Virus record (IMG/VR): IMGVR_UViG_2597489997_000001
Span: 192,001 to 256,000 of that record
Source: a virus
Taxonomy: Duplodnaviria; Caudoviricetes
Reading direction: 5' to 3' (one strand)
Length of the DNA stretch: 64,000 nt
Below, one piece after another: positions 1 through 9,508 of this stretch; the first letter of the stretch is position 1, and every line of letters begins with the position of its first letter. The notes beneath the pieces are model-generated. The model was not told the DNA's origin. It searched no databases and saw nothing but the letters and a program-made list of their open reading frames with translations. A program made the translations under genes and the position numbers.

Positions 1-3000
1 TACTGGTTTAGGGAGACAGCTTTACCGTTATGTTCAATATCGAACAGCGCGGCACCTATTTGCCAGACGTCAACAGTTGGATTCGTTATGTTCTTAGGTA
101 TGGTGGTGTCACCAGCGCCTGTACCTTTAATGAGAACTTCCTGATCCCATTCGATAGTAGCGTTGATTAATCTAGCATTGTAATAAGGGAGATTCAATCT
201 CATCTTAACAACAATGACTTGATCTTCACCACGGTTATCCGCAAGGATTTTAATTCTTGCAGTAGTGGGTGTTACTGGCGCAGCTGTTTTTAGTACCTCA
301 ACCAAAGTTCCATTGGTAAGAACACTGAAACCAAATTGGTTACTCTGTGCTCCAGGCAAGCTGTTTCGCTCAATGTTGAGACCCATACTTAACGGAATAG
401 GGATATCAACAATATCGTCCTTTTTACCTTCTACCTGTACAGGCGGAATGTTATCAGGGAACCAATACAGCTTCTCCTCATACCCCACCATTTCACTGGT
501 TTCTTCAATGATTACCTTGTTCTTCTCAGGATCTGGATCAGCATCTGGTCCGGTATAATAAACCGGATACCGTACTTTACCAATAAACTGACTGATTACT
601 TTAAAGGAGAATACACCCCAGTTAGCCGGGCTGTTAGACCCACGGGTAGCAAACTGCAAGCCTGGGTTCAATTGCTCGAACTCAGCTTTAGGAATATCCC
701 ATGTTGACAGGTTATTCATACTAACACTTCTTCCCTTATATTCCAACAGCAGGGACATACCTCCTGTCTGGTTATAAGGAATTTGCCTATTGCCAACACC
801 GCTAAAGTTAGTCACTACCAGATCTTTACCATCCCAAGCTTCGATGGTAAACGGAACCTCTGCTTCCATAGGGAATGAGCGAACACCGTCAGTGAATGTG
901 AAGATATACTTCGCAGTCAGCTGCTTCTCAGTTGGATCTGCTTTCACACATGTCCAAAGAGCACTAGGGTCCTTTTTATACTCAAGGTATCCGTCTGATT
1001 CGAGAACGGCATCATTCATCCAACCAGTGGTATAGGTCGGGGTAATTACCTGACCCTGATAACTAACTTTAAATCCAGCAGCACCACCACTCTTATACAT
1101 CCTGGTAGTTTGCGGAGTTATCTCCACAATTTCGGGAACTGGATCAACACCACCAGTACCTTTGATCAATACCTTTTGATCATACTCAAGAGTATAGGTT
1201 CTCCCAGATACAGGAGACCATGACAAGCGAATAGGTAAGACAGTCTCAATATCGGAACCAGTGTTGTTATACGCGATTTTGATAGTGAAGAAGTCAAGAC
1301 CTTTATCGTTAGTGCCGGTGCTGATCGTAGCAAGTGCGGTATTCAGACTGGTGACAGTAAATGTCTCGCCAGCTGTGTTGCCCGCCATGTTGACTTGGAT
1401 TGCAGGACCGAACATTAAACCATTGGTAGGAACTTTAACCGATGCCTGATATGCACCTGAAACCTCAGCTGGAGGAAGATCATCTTTCCATGTCAACTTA
1501 GGATCAAAGGCAACATACTTGACAGGTATCTCGGCGGAGTTCTTTTTGTCGGTACCCAATGGATATCCGTTAATCGGAGACGTGTTAGCAGAGTTCCAAT
1601 TCCACTCTAACCCTAACTTACCAAGATGCTCCCCTACCTTGTTGGCTTTAAGCTGTGCGTTTACTGAAGTACCATTACCACCGCCTGACTTCCAAGTATA
1701 GATTCCATCAGACGTAGAGTTAATTTTACTTTGGTTAACAAGAGCCGATGCGTTAGATATAGGAGCGTTAGTAGCGACTAGTGTGTTAGGTACGTAATTT
1801 GCACCAAGTGCTCTCCCCACAAGAACGACGGAACCTGAATAACTATCAGCGGCGCTATAAGGGAATGCAATGATTAAATTACCATCTTGGTCGTATACCG
1901 CAGGTTTTGCTTGACCACCGACGTTCTGATGGAACGCCTGAAGCGTTTGGACTTCAATCTTGAATTGGATTTGGTCCCAAGCAACAGTGCTAACCTTCTG
2001 AACAACAGTTAGATCTTTAGTCCCATAACGGGCAGAAGTTCTAACTTTGAAGGTCAACTCAACTTCTGAATCTGCGACGTCACACTTAAGCAGTAACCAC
2101 GTAGGTCCGGCTGTCCAAGCTACACCACCCCAACTACCCGCTGAAGCGCCCGCAGTACCAACGTTCAGTTTGGCAACAGCCTCGGTATTTTCGTCACCAA
2201 TGATTCCATTAGGGCCTGCAACGGAAATCAAAGTAACGTCAGTGGCTGTAATGTCTACATCACCGGACATCACTTTAAATGGCAGGTTATAACGACGGAA
2301 GACCAGTTTCGGATCACCAGGGTTCGGAACAGTCTCCAACTCAGGAGTCATCGTTACAGCTGGCTTCACACGGTTTACAGCATCGCGACCTTCTTCAGCC
2401 GGTAAAAGCTCGGTATACCAAACAAAGTTCATCACACCGTTATAACTGAGTTTAGTCTTCAGTTTCAGGTAAGTGATTCCGGCGTCTACTCTCTGACCCA
2501 TGACTTCAAAGTACTTAGTCAATGGTTCATTAAGGTTAGCCGTCTTTGTCTCGTCTACTGCAAGGTAACCTGTCAAGTGAGGTTTGCCGTACAGAGCTAA
2601 TCCGAATGGAACTTCAAACTCCTCACCGACCTTCTTAGTAAGTTGAGTGAATGTATTCGGGGTACACGTAAATTGCGCAATCGGTCCCGGCCAGTTCCAG
2701 TTGGTATCAATAGCAGCCGTGCCATCCACCCAACCACCACGGAATGGTGCTTTGAAAGTGAATACGTGATCTTTGTAAGATCCGGCTGTGTCGCCTGGGG
2801 CTTTACCTATGATGAATAACTGGTTCTTTGATGTCGCTGGGAAATCTGGGTTCAGTATCATCCAACCGAACTGGTCTGGCGTAGGAGTCAGCGTGAGGAA
2901 TTGACATTGCTCACTAATATCAACGCCATTAGCTCTGATCCAGTTAGGGATCTTGACAGACTTATATAAGCTATCATAAATCGAGAAACCGCCAGATCTT

Positions 3001-6000
3001 GGCTGCCAGCGTGGATAGTCATCCGGGTCCTGAATCTGAACACGTTGTTCAGCAGTTCCTTTATGCACACGGTTAGTAGCCGGGTTGGTGTACACGAACT
3101 CCAACAGAGTTCCGAAGATCTCTTTTGGTTTATCCAGAGGAGCTGTGATCTCGTAGGTCATGTCAGTAGCAGAACGAGCAGTAATTCTGAAGATATCCTC
3201 ATTGGCCGGTGTAATGGTCAAATCAGGATCGTTCAGAGGGATGCTCTTACCAGATAACACAACACGGTTGTTACCTGAGCTACGGATGTCCTGGTTACCA
3301 GCTAAGATTGGGTTCGTCAGTCCAGTGATTACCAGTGGAGGTGTGACTATTTCCAAATCAAAGTTAACAACAGCATAGTCCAAATCAGCAACACCAGGAG
3401 TAGGTCCGCCAGCACGTCTGAACGTGATAGGGATCGTCTCTTTGCCAGGATCCAGAGCACGGCAGGTATAGGTAGTCGTAGTACCGTTAGTGGTAACGGA
3501 CTTAACTTCCATCAGCCCTTTCCAATCGGTTAATGTTTCATCGATCAGGTTAGTGGTCTGAATAGTGGCACGGTAGCGCTGACTAACGGTGAAAGTAAAA
3601 TCAGTATCAACGTTAGGGGTAGCTGGGTTACCTGCTGTGAATGCAACGCGGAATGTTCTTCCATCCCAAGGTTCAACCCACCAGAAGGTATCGATGTCAG
3701 CAGTGTACTCCCAGTTACGATACGTCGCGTAGAAACGGAACGGAACGACCTGGTTAGCAATACCACCTACTTCAGAACCTTCGACAGTACACTGACGAGT
3801 CAGCGTGTTGTCAATCCATACGTATTTGCCTTTACCCGTTTCGGTATAGTCGATACGCTGTAATGGATATGTGGTGTTAACAATAGTAGTATCAGCACAA
3901 GTCAGGATCGGAGAAACAACCTGTGAAGACCACATTGTCTTAGGTGTTACTGAGCTACCAAATGTGTTACCACTGAGCGCTGTCGGCTTAGGCGTCGTAT
4001 AGCTCATTGGAATTTCAATACGTCTGGTGTAGTTCGTACCACCAAATCTGTACGTCACATTTAAGAAGTCAGACACGTTAACAGTTTGGCCTGGAGCAAC
4101 TGGACCGAACAGTTCATAGTCGAATGAGTCAGCATGCCACGTTTTAGGATTCAGAACAAATGCGTTAGGCATTGTAGAGGCGCCAGTCTCACGAGTGATC
4201 GTCAGGTTCCCAGCAGCAATCTCTTTCTGAATATCCAAAGGTAACAGACCGAACAACAGTTCGAGTTTGTAAGTACCTGTGTCTTTGTGAGTCCCTGTTA
4301 ACAGGTTATCACGTTCACCTACTTCTAACGTCAGTTCACCCAGAACACGAGTATCAAGAGTTAACTCTACAACGTCACGTGGTTTAGGATTAGTACCGGC
4401 GTCAGGAGACCAGAAGACTACCTTAGTCTGAGCAACACCACCTTTCTTACCAGTAAAGGTAATCTCGTGGAGAATGCCATTGACGATAGCTTGCTTCACT
4501 TCCACTTGTGCTGGAATGGTTGACAGGTCTTGTTTAAAGGTAGCGCGAGAACCAACGTTCTGATCTTTATAGACAGGGCGGAAACTCAAGGTCACATCAG
4601 AGTCAATACCAGTTTCGATCTTACTCGGCGTGGCAATAACTTTAAACCGTACAGAGGTAGAGCCTGTGATGCGGAATGTGGCTTCAAATGCGATGACTTG
4701 CAGTTCAGCAACAGCGTCTACTTTATAGTAAGCGCGCATCGGAATGACTTGATTACCTGTGGTCGGTTCAGCACCAATGATTTCATAACCACGTGGTGGG
4801 GTCAGTTCCACATACCTGTTATCCGGGGTGACCAGTTCAAAGTGGTCAATGGCTACCGCTGATTCAGGTGTTTTAAGACCTTGCCAGAAGCTACCTTTAT
4901 CCCAGATGTTAACAGCATGGTAATCATCGTTGTTGGTTACTTCAACTTCACCCATGGTAATTTTGGCTGTGAAATTGAAAGATGCAGTCTTAGGTGTTGG
5001 AGCACCTACTTCGTACTCGATGTCGAGTACGAAGTTAAAGGTTTCAATACCACCAGGAACGTTGGAACGCTCACCTTTGATATAGATACCGTTAGAAGAC
5101 TTACCACCAACAGAAACGTAGTTATCACCTGCTCCATTCAGACCAGTGATTGTGTACTTCAAACCAGGGGCGTTCGCAGGGAGGTCATACTCACCATACT
5201 TCAGATTCAAAGTAAGGAGGTCGGTACCTTTCCAGAACATCTCTGTCTTATCACCATGATCGCCTAAGGTAAAGACTTCATCGCTTGAAACAGACTTGAC
5301 TGGAACTGTTAACGTTAACTGGTCCATGCCTTCCACTGGAGTAGCTCCAGCAGTTGCCATTTTAAATACAAACTTAGCAGTGTCTTCTGCTTGACCTACC
5401 AGGGTGTAAGTTACCTTACCAGTCTCTGGGTCATACGGAAGAACAGCCAGGTTCTTTGGAATCACAGTGTTGGTGTCATCAAGGACTGATTCAGTATACG
5501 GCTTACCTTTGTAAGTAAACTCGAACTGAAGGTCACCCGCCATACCAGCTTTACCATCTAACTTCAATGGTGCAACTTCACCTTTATAGTCAATACCGTC
5601 GAACTTAGCGATATCGAACAACACAGATGCGTCAATGGTTCTTCTTAAACCACCATTGTCATAAGTCAGCGTTAATGGTAATGACGCCTCGATTGGTTGG
5701 GTTTTGGAACCCTGAACAACGTACCAACCTTGTGGTTCTTCAAATGCAATATAAGGACTCGTACCACGTGGAACGTATTCCTGAATCTCCACGTTAAGAC
5801 CACGTTCATCGGCCAGACGAATTTTAATATCGCCATAGTCGTAAACGTTAACGTTCTCAACTGGGTTACGTTGAATCTCTACACGAGAGATACGAATCGT
5901 CCCAACCTGATCAAGAACTACGGTCTGCGGCTGACCAGTACCAACATCATTCCAAACGAGAGTGATCGTTGTCGGATACGTGTAGTCAGTGTCTTCATCC

Positions 6001-9000
6001 CCGCCTGCATCGAGAGAAAGCAGCAGTGATTCACCACGCATTTCAACTACGGAGATCGGATCAGCATCACCAGCATCGAAAGTAACTGACAGATTAGCGT
6101 TAGTCAATTCGATTGGAGAGCCAGAGACATTGAGCACCAATGGATATTCGATTTGATCTTTGTAGAAGCCCTTAAACGTTTCTGGAGCTGTTACAACGTT
6201 CAGACCATCTGGCCACTGTACTTTAGTGGTGATAGGTGCTGAGATTGTTTCAGAGCCTTCTGTACGTTTAAACACCAGGTTCATCGGATATTCCCCACCA
6301 CGAGTAGTAGTGTAGTTAATCACGAAACCTTTACCTTCCACAAACATACCGTTATCTAACAGTTTGATTGTTTCAGGAATGGTGCTAGAAGCTAATACAA
6401 GTTCGATCTTGTCGGTTACGTCGTTACCTTTATATACAAAGTTGGCAACAATTTCACCACCTTCAGATGACTTAACATCGATGGCTTTTGGATCGTAATC
6501 AATACCGAAGGTAATCTGATCCCACTCGGCTAAGTTAAAGACAGCATCTGTCATGAACTCGCCTTTAGATTCACCAACTTCCCAGGTGATCTTTAAAGGA
6601 ACAGTAGTGGTGATAGCAGTTTTCTCAGCCCAAGTAACAGACCAGTTATAACGGTTCACACTGATGTAGGTATTGCCACCAGGGACAGTTACTGTTCTAG
6701 TTCCCGTTGTCCAGTCTTTCGTACCAGCCATAAGCTTGATAGGGAAAGAACCGGTATCCCAGATCTTGGCATCGATAGGTTGCTTATCGTATTCCAGTCT
6801 CAGAGGAGGGAAGGTAATCAGTGCAGGCATGATCAAGACTTGCTTGAACGTGTTGACTGGATTCAGTGGATCGGTATACTCAATGGTCAGTTCTGTACCG
6901 ACGTTATAAGTACGACCTACGAAACGCCACAGGTTGTCAATGACACGCAGGTGATCTTCTTCACGAGAAATAATCTCAACGTCAGAGACTTTAGTTTTGG
7001 TAATCTTCAGAATAGGATCGTTCAGAGGAACGTTAACACCTGCGAATTCAAATACAGGTTTGAACTGTCCTTCCTCTTCTACATTCATAGCCAAATTAGT
7101 TGGCCACTCAATTACCTTGAATGTACGAGCCTGTTCAATCACTGCACTAAACAGAACAACACCACGCTGCTCAGGTGCGGGTACCAGGATTTCCTTCTTA
7201 GCAAATGCGTAGCGGCCAGCGCCAGTACCTGCCTTCATCTTGGTATAGTCAAGTTCGAGATTACCAGTGGCATCATTGAACTTCAGCGCATTGAACTTCA
7301 GTTGTTCTGGAACAGAAGAGTTAGCGTCAACAATTCCGACCAGTTCTGAAATATCAACACCTTCTTCGAAGACCTTGAATTCCAGTTTGCCTTTCTCATC
7401 TGTTTTACCTGTGATGGAGAAACTAGATGGAACAGCAACAACCAGGGTGTTCTCGCCATCTTCCCCGCCACCACCTTGAGTATACTTTCTAACAACAAAG
7501 TCTTGCTCAAATGTAAAGCGAGTGTTAACGCCATCAATTACTACGAAGAACTCAAACTCAACTTTGACAGGTGTGTCTTCTGTCTTACTGGCCTGAAGCA
7601 CACGCCAGGTGTTGGGAGCTTTAGGTTCATTATAGATGTATCCGTTATCACCAACAACGGCCAGGTTCTTAACCAGTTCAGTTTGGTTCTCGCCATTCAA
7701 CATAAAGGTGAATGTAGTCTTACCAGTCTGGTAACGGTCAACGAACAGTGGTGTTGGACCTGGGACAACTTCATAGACAGAACGACGTTTGACTTCAACG
7801 TTGATCGTGTATTCCGGAGCATAGCGAACACCACGAGGGTCAACCCACGTTAATGTCTGTCTAAAGCTATCCAGAATAGATTGGCCGTCTATATCAGAAT
7901 CGCGTAACAGTTTGAAACGCACACCTTCATCGGTTACTTCGAGGAACTCGATTAAGCGTTTATCACCTTTGACTCCAAGTTTAATACCCAGTTCTTTAGG
8001 TGATACTACTTGAGGTTCTTCTTCATCAGGTAATCCGTAAACTGCCTGGATGATCATCAGACCTTCTTCGTCTTTATAGCCACGAAGTGAAGTCATGATG
8101 CTGGTAACACGGAAGGAAGGTTTGACTTCTGGTTTAACAACGATCATGTTCACAAAAGCCGGAGCTTTATAAAGTGTTCCTGAATCGCTGTACTGGAAGT
8201 CAGCACGATACAGCTCAGTATCTTTATCCCAGTTCACTGGTAGATTACCGGTGATTGCACCACGGTAAGTCATAGAGCCATCTGGTAGAGTCTCGACATA
8301 AGCCAAGTTACCATATTTCTTCTTAGACTCAAATTCAGTAGCTGGGATGTTCAGAGTAACTGGATTACCCTGGAAGAACGCCTGAACGTTAACTTCAACC
8401 ACGTCACCTTTAGATGCAGTGATCTCGGCAGGAGTCACCACAAAGGTCAAATCCAACTGTTCATCTTTCTCGATGATAACTTTGATACGGAAAGTCTTCT
8501 TAACCGGACGACCCATGTACATGTGAGTAACACGTACCACGATGAAGTCAGTCACTTCCTTATCAGTCGCACCGAAGATCGTTTCACCCTCAATGGACAG
8601 TTTGTCATCAGAACGTCTCGGAATGGTGTAACCCGAATCAGTAGTGATGTCAACCTGAGCAGTCATGGTGATATCTTCTACACCACCGAACCAATAGGTG
8701 TTCGGGATGTTGAAGTCTTTACCACGGCTAGAGGTGATTTCGGTTGGGAGGTTAGATGTAATCTCAGGGAGCATCGCTTCGGCTTTAACCAGTTCATAAA
8801 TGAACAGCGGGAATTCACCCATACCGAATGCCGGATCAGTTACCTTAACCGTACCGGATTCTAACGTATCGTAATCGATAGAGGTCAGAGACTCACGAGT
8901 AGAAGTATAGGTATTAAAGAACAGCCCACCGAAAGCTTTTTGCATGCCAGACATGGTCTTGGCGTTTTCTTGGTTGAGCAGAACACCGTAAGTATTCTTA

Positions 9001-9389
9001 TAAGTCAACCAAAGCAGTGTAGCTTCAACATCATCGTTTGCTTTAGCATATGCTTTAAGTTCGTCAACATCATTGATCTCAACAAAAGGAACAGCGAAGT
9101 CCTCAAGGATCTCTTTAATGGTAACGCGTTTAACTTCAACGTCAGCACGAGCAAAGCCAGTCTTACGAGATACGATACAAACACGGACGATACCATCCGG
9201 AAATGAGATTGGGTCTTCAATAACAAGATCACCCGCAATCAAACCGGTGTAACGTTGCCGAGCAAGTTCTAACTCGTCATTAGGATCATCGATCTCAAGG
9301 TCAGCAATACGCTGCTTCAGATATTTGATCACAGGAGTGAATAAAGGATCTTTAATCACTTTACTGTTGGTTCTTGTAATAATCGCCAT
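1..9389 (-). CDS. Giant (>3,100 aa) virion fibre/adhesin-like protein with an N-terminal shared domain and tandem beta-rich repeats; 3' end lies outside the window
   Basis: ATG at 9389 after AGGA; translates MAIITRTNSKVIKDPLFTPVIKYLKQRIADLE.... The same frame is open wherever spot-checked (8000-9389, 6421-6480, 5460-5580, 960-1080, 720-780, 1-60). Its absence from the ORF track is consistent with no stop codon inside the window. Confidence 0.88.
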   Translation of the reverse strand, partial: MAIITRTNSKVIKDPLFTPVIKYLKQRIADLEIDDPNDELELARQRYTGLIAGDLVIEDPISFPDGIVRVCIVSRKTGFARADVEVKRVTIKEILEDFAVPFVEINDVDELKAYAKANDDVEATLLWLTYKNTYGVLLNQENAKTMSGMQKAFGGLFFNTYTSTRESLTSIDYDTLESGTVKVTDPAFGMGEFPLFIYELVKAEAMLPEITSNLPTEITSSRGKDFNIPNTYWFGGVEDITMTAQVDITTDSGYTIPRRSDDKLSIEGETIFGATDKEVTDFIVVRVTHMYMGRPVKKTFRIKVIIEKDEQLDLTFVVTPAEITASKGDVVEVNVQAFFQGNPVTLNIPATEFESKKKYGNLAYVETLPDGSMTYRGAITGNLPVNWDKDTELYRADFQYSDSGTLYKAPAFVNMIVVKPEVKPSFRVTSIMTSLRGYKDEEGLMIIQAVYGLPDEEEPQVVSPKELGIKLGVKGDKRLIEFLEVTDEGVRFKLLRDSDIDGQSILDSFRQTLTWVDPRGVRYAPEYTINVEVKRRSVYEVVPGPTPLFVDRYQTGKTTFTFMLNGENQTELVKNLAVVGDNGYIYNEPKAPNTWRVLQASKTEDTPVKVEFEFFVVIDGVNTRFTFEQDFVVRKYTQGGGGEDGENTLVVAVPSSFSITGKTDEKGKLEFKVFEEGVDISELVGIVDANSSVPEQLKFNALKFNDATGNLELDYTKMKAGTGAGRYAFAKKEILVPAPEQRGVVLFSAVIEQARTFKVIEWPTNLAMNVEEEGQFKPVFEFAGVNVPLNDPILKITKTKVSDVEIISREEDHLRVIDNLWRFVGRTYNVGTELTIEYTDPLNPVNTFKQVLIMPALITFPPLRLEYDKQPIDAKIWDTGSFPIKLMAGTKDWTTGTRTVTVPGGNTYISVNRYNWSVTWAEKTAITTTVPLKITWEVGESKGEFMTDAVFNLAEWDQITFGIDYDPKAIDVKSSEGGEIVANFVYKGNDVTDKIELVLASSTIPETIKLLDNGMFVEGKGFVINYTTTRGGEYPMNLVFKRTEGSETISAPITTKVQWPDGLNVVTAPETFKGFYKDQIEYPLVLNVSGSPIELTNANLSVTFDAGDADPISVVEMRGESLLLSLDAGGDEDTDYTYPTTITLVWNDVGTGQPQTVVLDQVGTIRISRVEIQRNPVENVNVYDYGDIKIRLADERGLNVEIQEYVPRGTSPYIAFEEPQGWYVVQGSKTQPIEASLPLTLTYDNGGLRRTIDASVLFDIAKFDGIDYKGEVAPLKLDGKAGMAGDLQFEFTYKGKPYTESVLDDTNTVIPKNLAVLPYDPETGKVTYTLVGQAEDTAKFVFKMATAGATPVEGMDQLTLTVPVKSVSSDEVFTLGDHGDKTEMFWKGTDLLTLNLKYGEYDLPANAPGLKYTITGLNGAGDNYVSVGGKSSNGIYIKGERSNVPGGIETFNFVLDIEYEVGAPTPKTASFNFTAKITMGEVEVTNNDDYHAVNIWDKGSFWQGLKTPESAVAIDHFELVTPDNRYVELTPPRGYEIIGAEPTTGNQVIPMRAYYKVDAVAELQVIAFEATFRITGSTSVRFKVIATPSKIETGIDSDVTLSFRPVYKDQNVGSRATFKQDLSTIPAQVEVKQAIVNGILHEITFTGKKGGVAQTKVVFWSPDAGTNPKPRDVVELTLDTRVLGELTLEVGERDNLLTGTHKDTGTYKLELLFGLLPLDIQKEIAAGNLTITRETGASTMPNAFVLNPKTWHADSFDYELFGPVAPGQTVNVSDFLNVTYRFGGTNYTRRIEIPMSYTTPKPTALSGNTFGSSVTPKTMWSSQVVSPILTCADTTIVNTTYPLQRIDYTETGKGKYVWIDNTLTRQCTVEGSEVGGIANQVVPFRFYATYRNWEYTADIDTFWWVEPWDGRTFRVAFTAGNPATPNVDTDFTFTVSQRYRATIQTTNLIDETLTDWKGLMEVKSVTTNGTTTTYTCRALDPGKETIPITFRRAGGPTPGVADLDYAVVNFDLEIVTPPLVITGLTNPILAGNQDIRSSGNNRVVLSGKSIPLNDPDLTITPANEDIFRITARSATDMTYEITAPLDKPKEIFGTLLEFVYTNPATNRVHKGTAEQRVQIQDPDDYPRWQPRSGGFSIYDSLYKSVKIPNWIRANGVDISEQCQFLTLTPTPDQFGWMILNPDFPATSKNQLFIIGKAPGDTAGSYKDHVFTFKAPFRGGWVDGTAAIDTNWNWPGPIAQFTCTPNTFTQLTKKVGEEFEVPFGLALYGKPHLTGYLAVDETKTANLNEPLTKYFEVMGQRVDAGITYLKLKTKLSYNGVMNFVWYTELLPAEEGRDAVNRVKPAVTMTPELETVPNPGDPKLVFRRYNLPFKVMSGDVDITATDVTLISVAGPNGIIGDENTEAVAKLNVGTAGASAGSWGGVAWTAGPTWLLLKCDVADSEVELTFKVRTSARYGTKDLTVVQKVSTVAWDQIQFKIEVQTLQAFHQNVGGQAKPAVYDQDGNLIIAFPYSAADSYSGSVVLVGRALGANYVPNTLVATNAPISNASALVNQSKINSTSDGIYTWKSGGGNGTSVNAQLKANKVGEHLGKLGLEWNWNSANTSPINGYPLGTDKKNSAEIPVKYVAFDPKLTWKDDLPPAEVSGAYQASVKVPTNGLMFGPAIQVNMAGNTAGETFTVTSLNTALATISTGTNDKGLDFFTIKIAYNNTGSDIETVLPIRLSWSPVSGRTYTLEYDQKVLIKGTGGVDPVPEIVEITPQTTRMYKSGGAAGFKVSYQGQVITPTYTTGWMNDAVLESDGYLEYKKDPSALWTCVKADPTEKQLTAKYIFTFTDGVRSFPMEAEVPFTIEAWDGKDLVVTNFSGVGNRQIPYNQTGGMSLLLEYKGRSVSMNNLSTWDIPKAEFEQLNPGLQFATRGSNSPANWGVFSFKVISQFIGKVRYPVYYTGPDADPDPEKNKVIIEETSEMVGYEEKLYWFPDNIPPVQVEGKKDDIVDIPIPLSMGLNIERNSLPGAQSNQFGFSVLTNGTLVEVLKTAAPVTPTTARIKILADNRGEDQVIVVKMRLNLPYYNARLINATIEWDQEVLIKGTGAGDTTIPKNITNPTVDVWQIGAALFDIEHNGKAVSLNQ

Positions 9390-9468
9390 GTTGGTCGATT
9401 CCTATATAAGTTGATATACTCTACACTAGTGTTTGAAGCAAAGTATTCGATACCCAGCACAGAAATAC

Positions 9469-9499
9469 AGAGTCTACCGGGGATGACCCGGTAGACTCT
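9469..9499. terminator. Stem-loop, 13-bp perfect stem
   Basis: AGAGTCTACCGGG-GATGA-CCCGGTAGACTCT immediately downstream of the stop at 9509. Confidence 0.7.
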
Positions 9500-9508
9500 T
9501 ATATTAAG

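Noticed and set aside
1-9400. Apparent 9-kb non-coding region or stop-codon reassignment
   Set aside because: Explained by one open minus-strand frame running off the window; genes elsewhere end normally at TAA, TGA and TAG.
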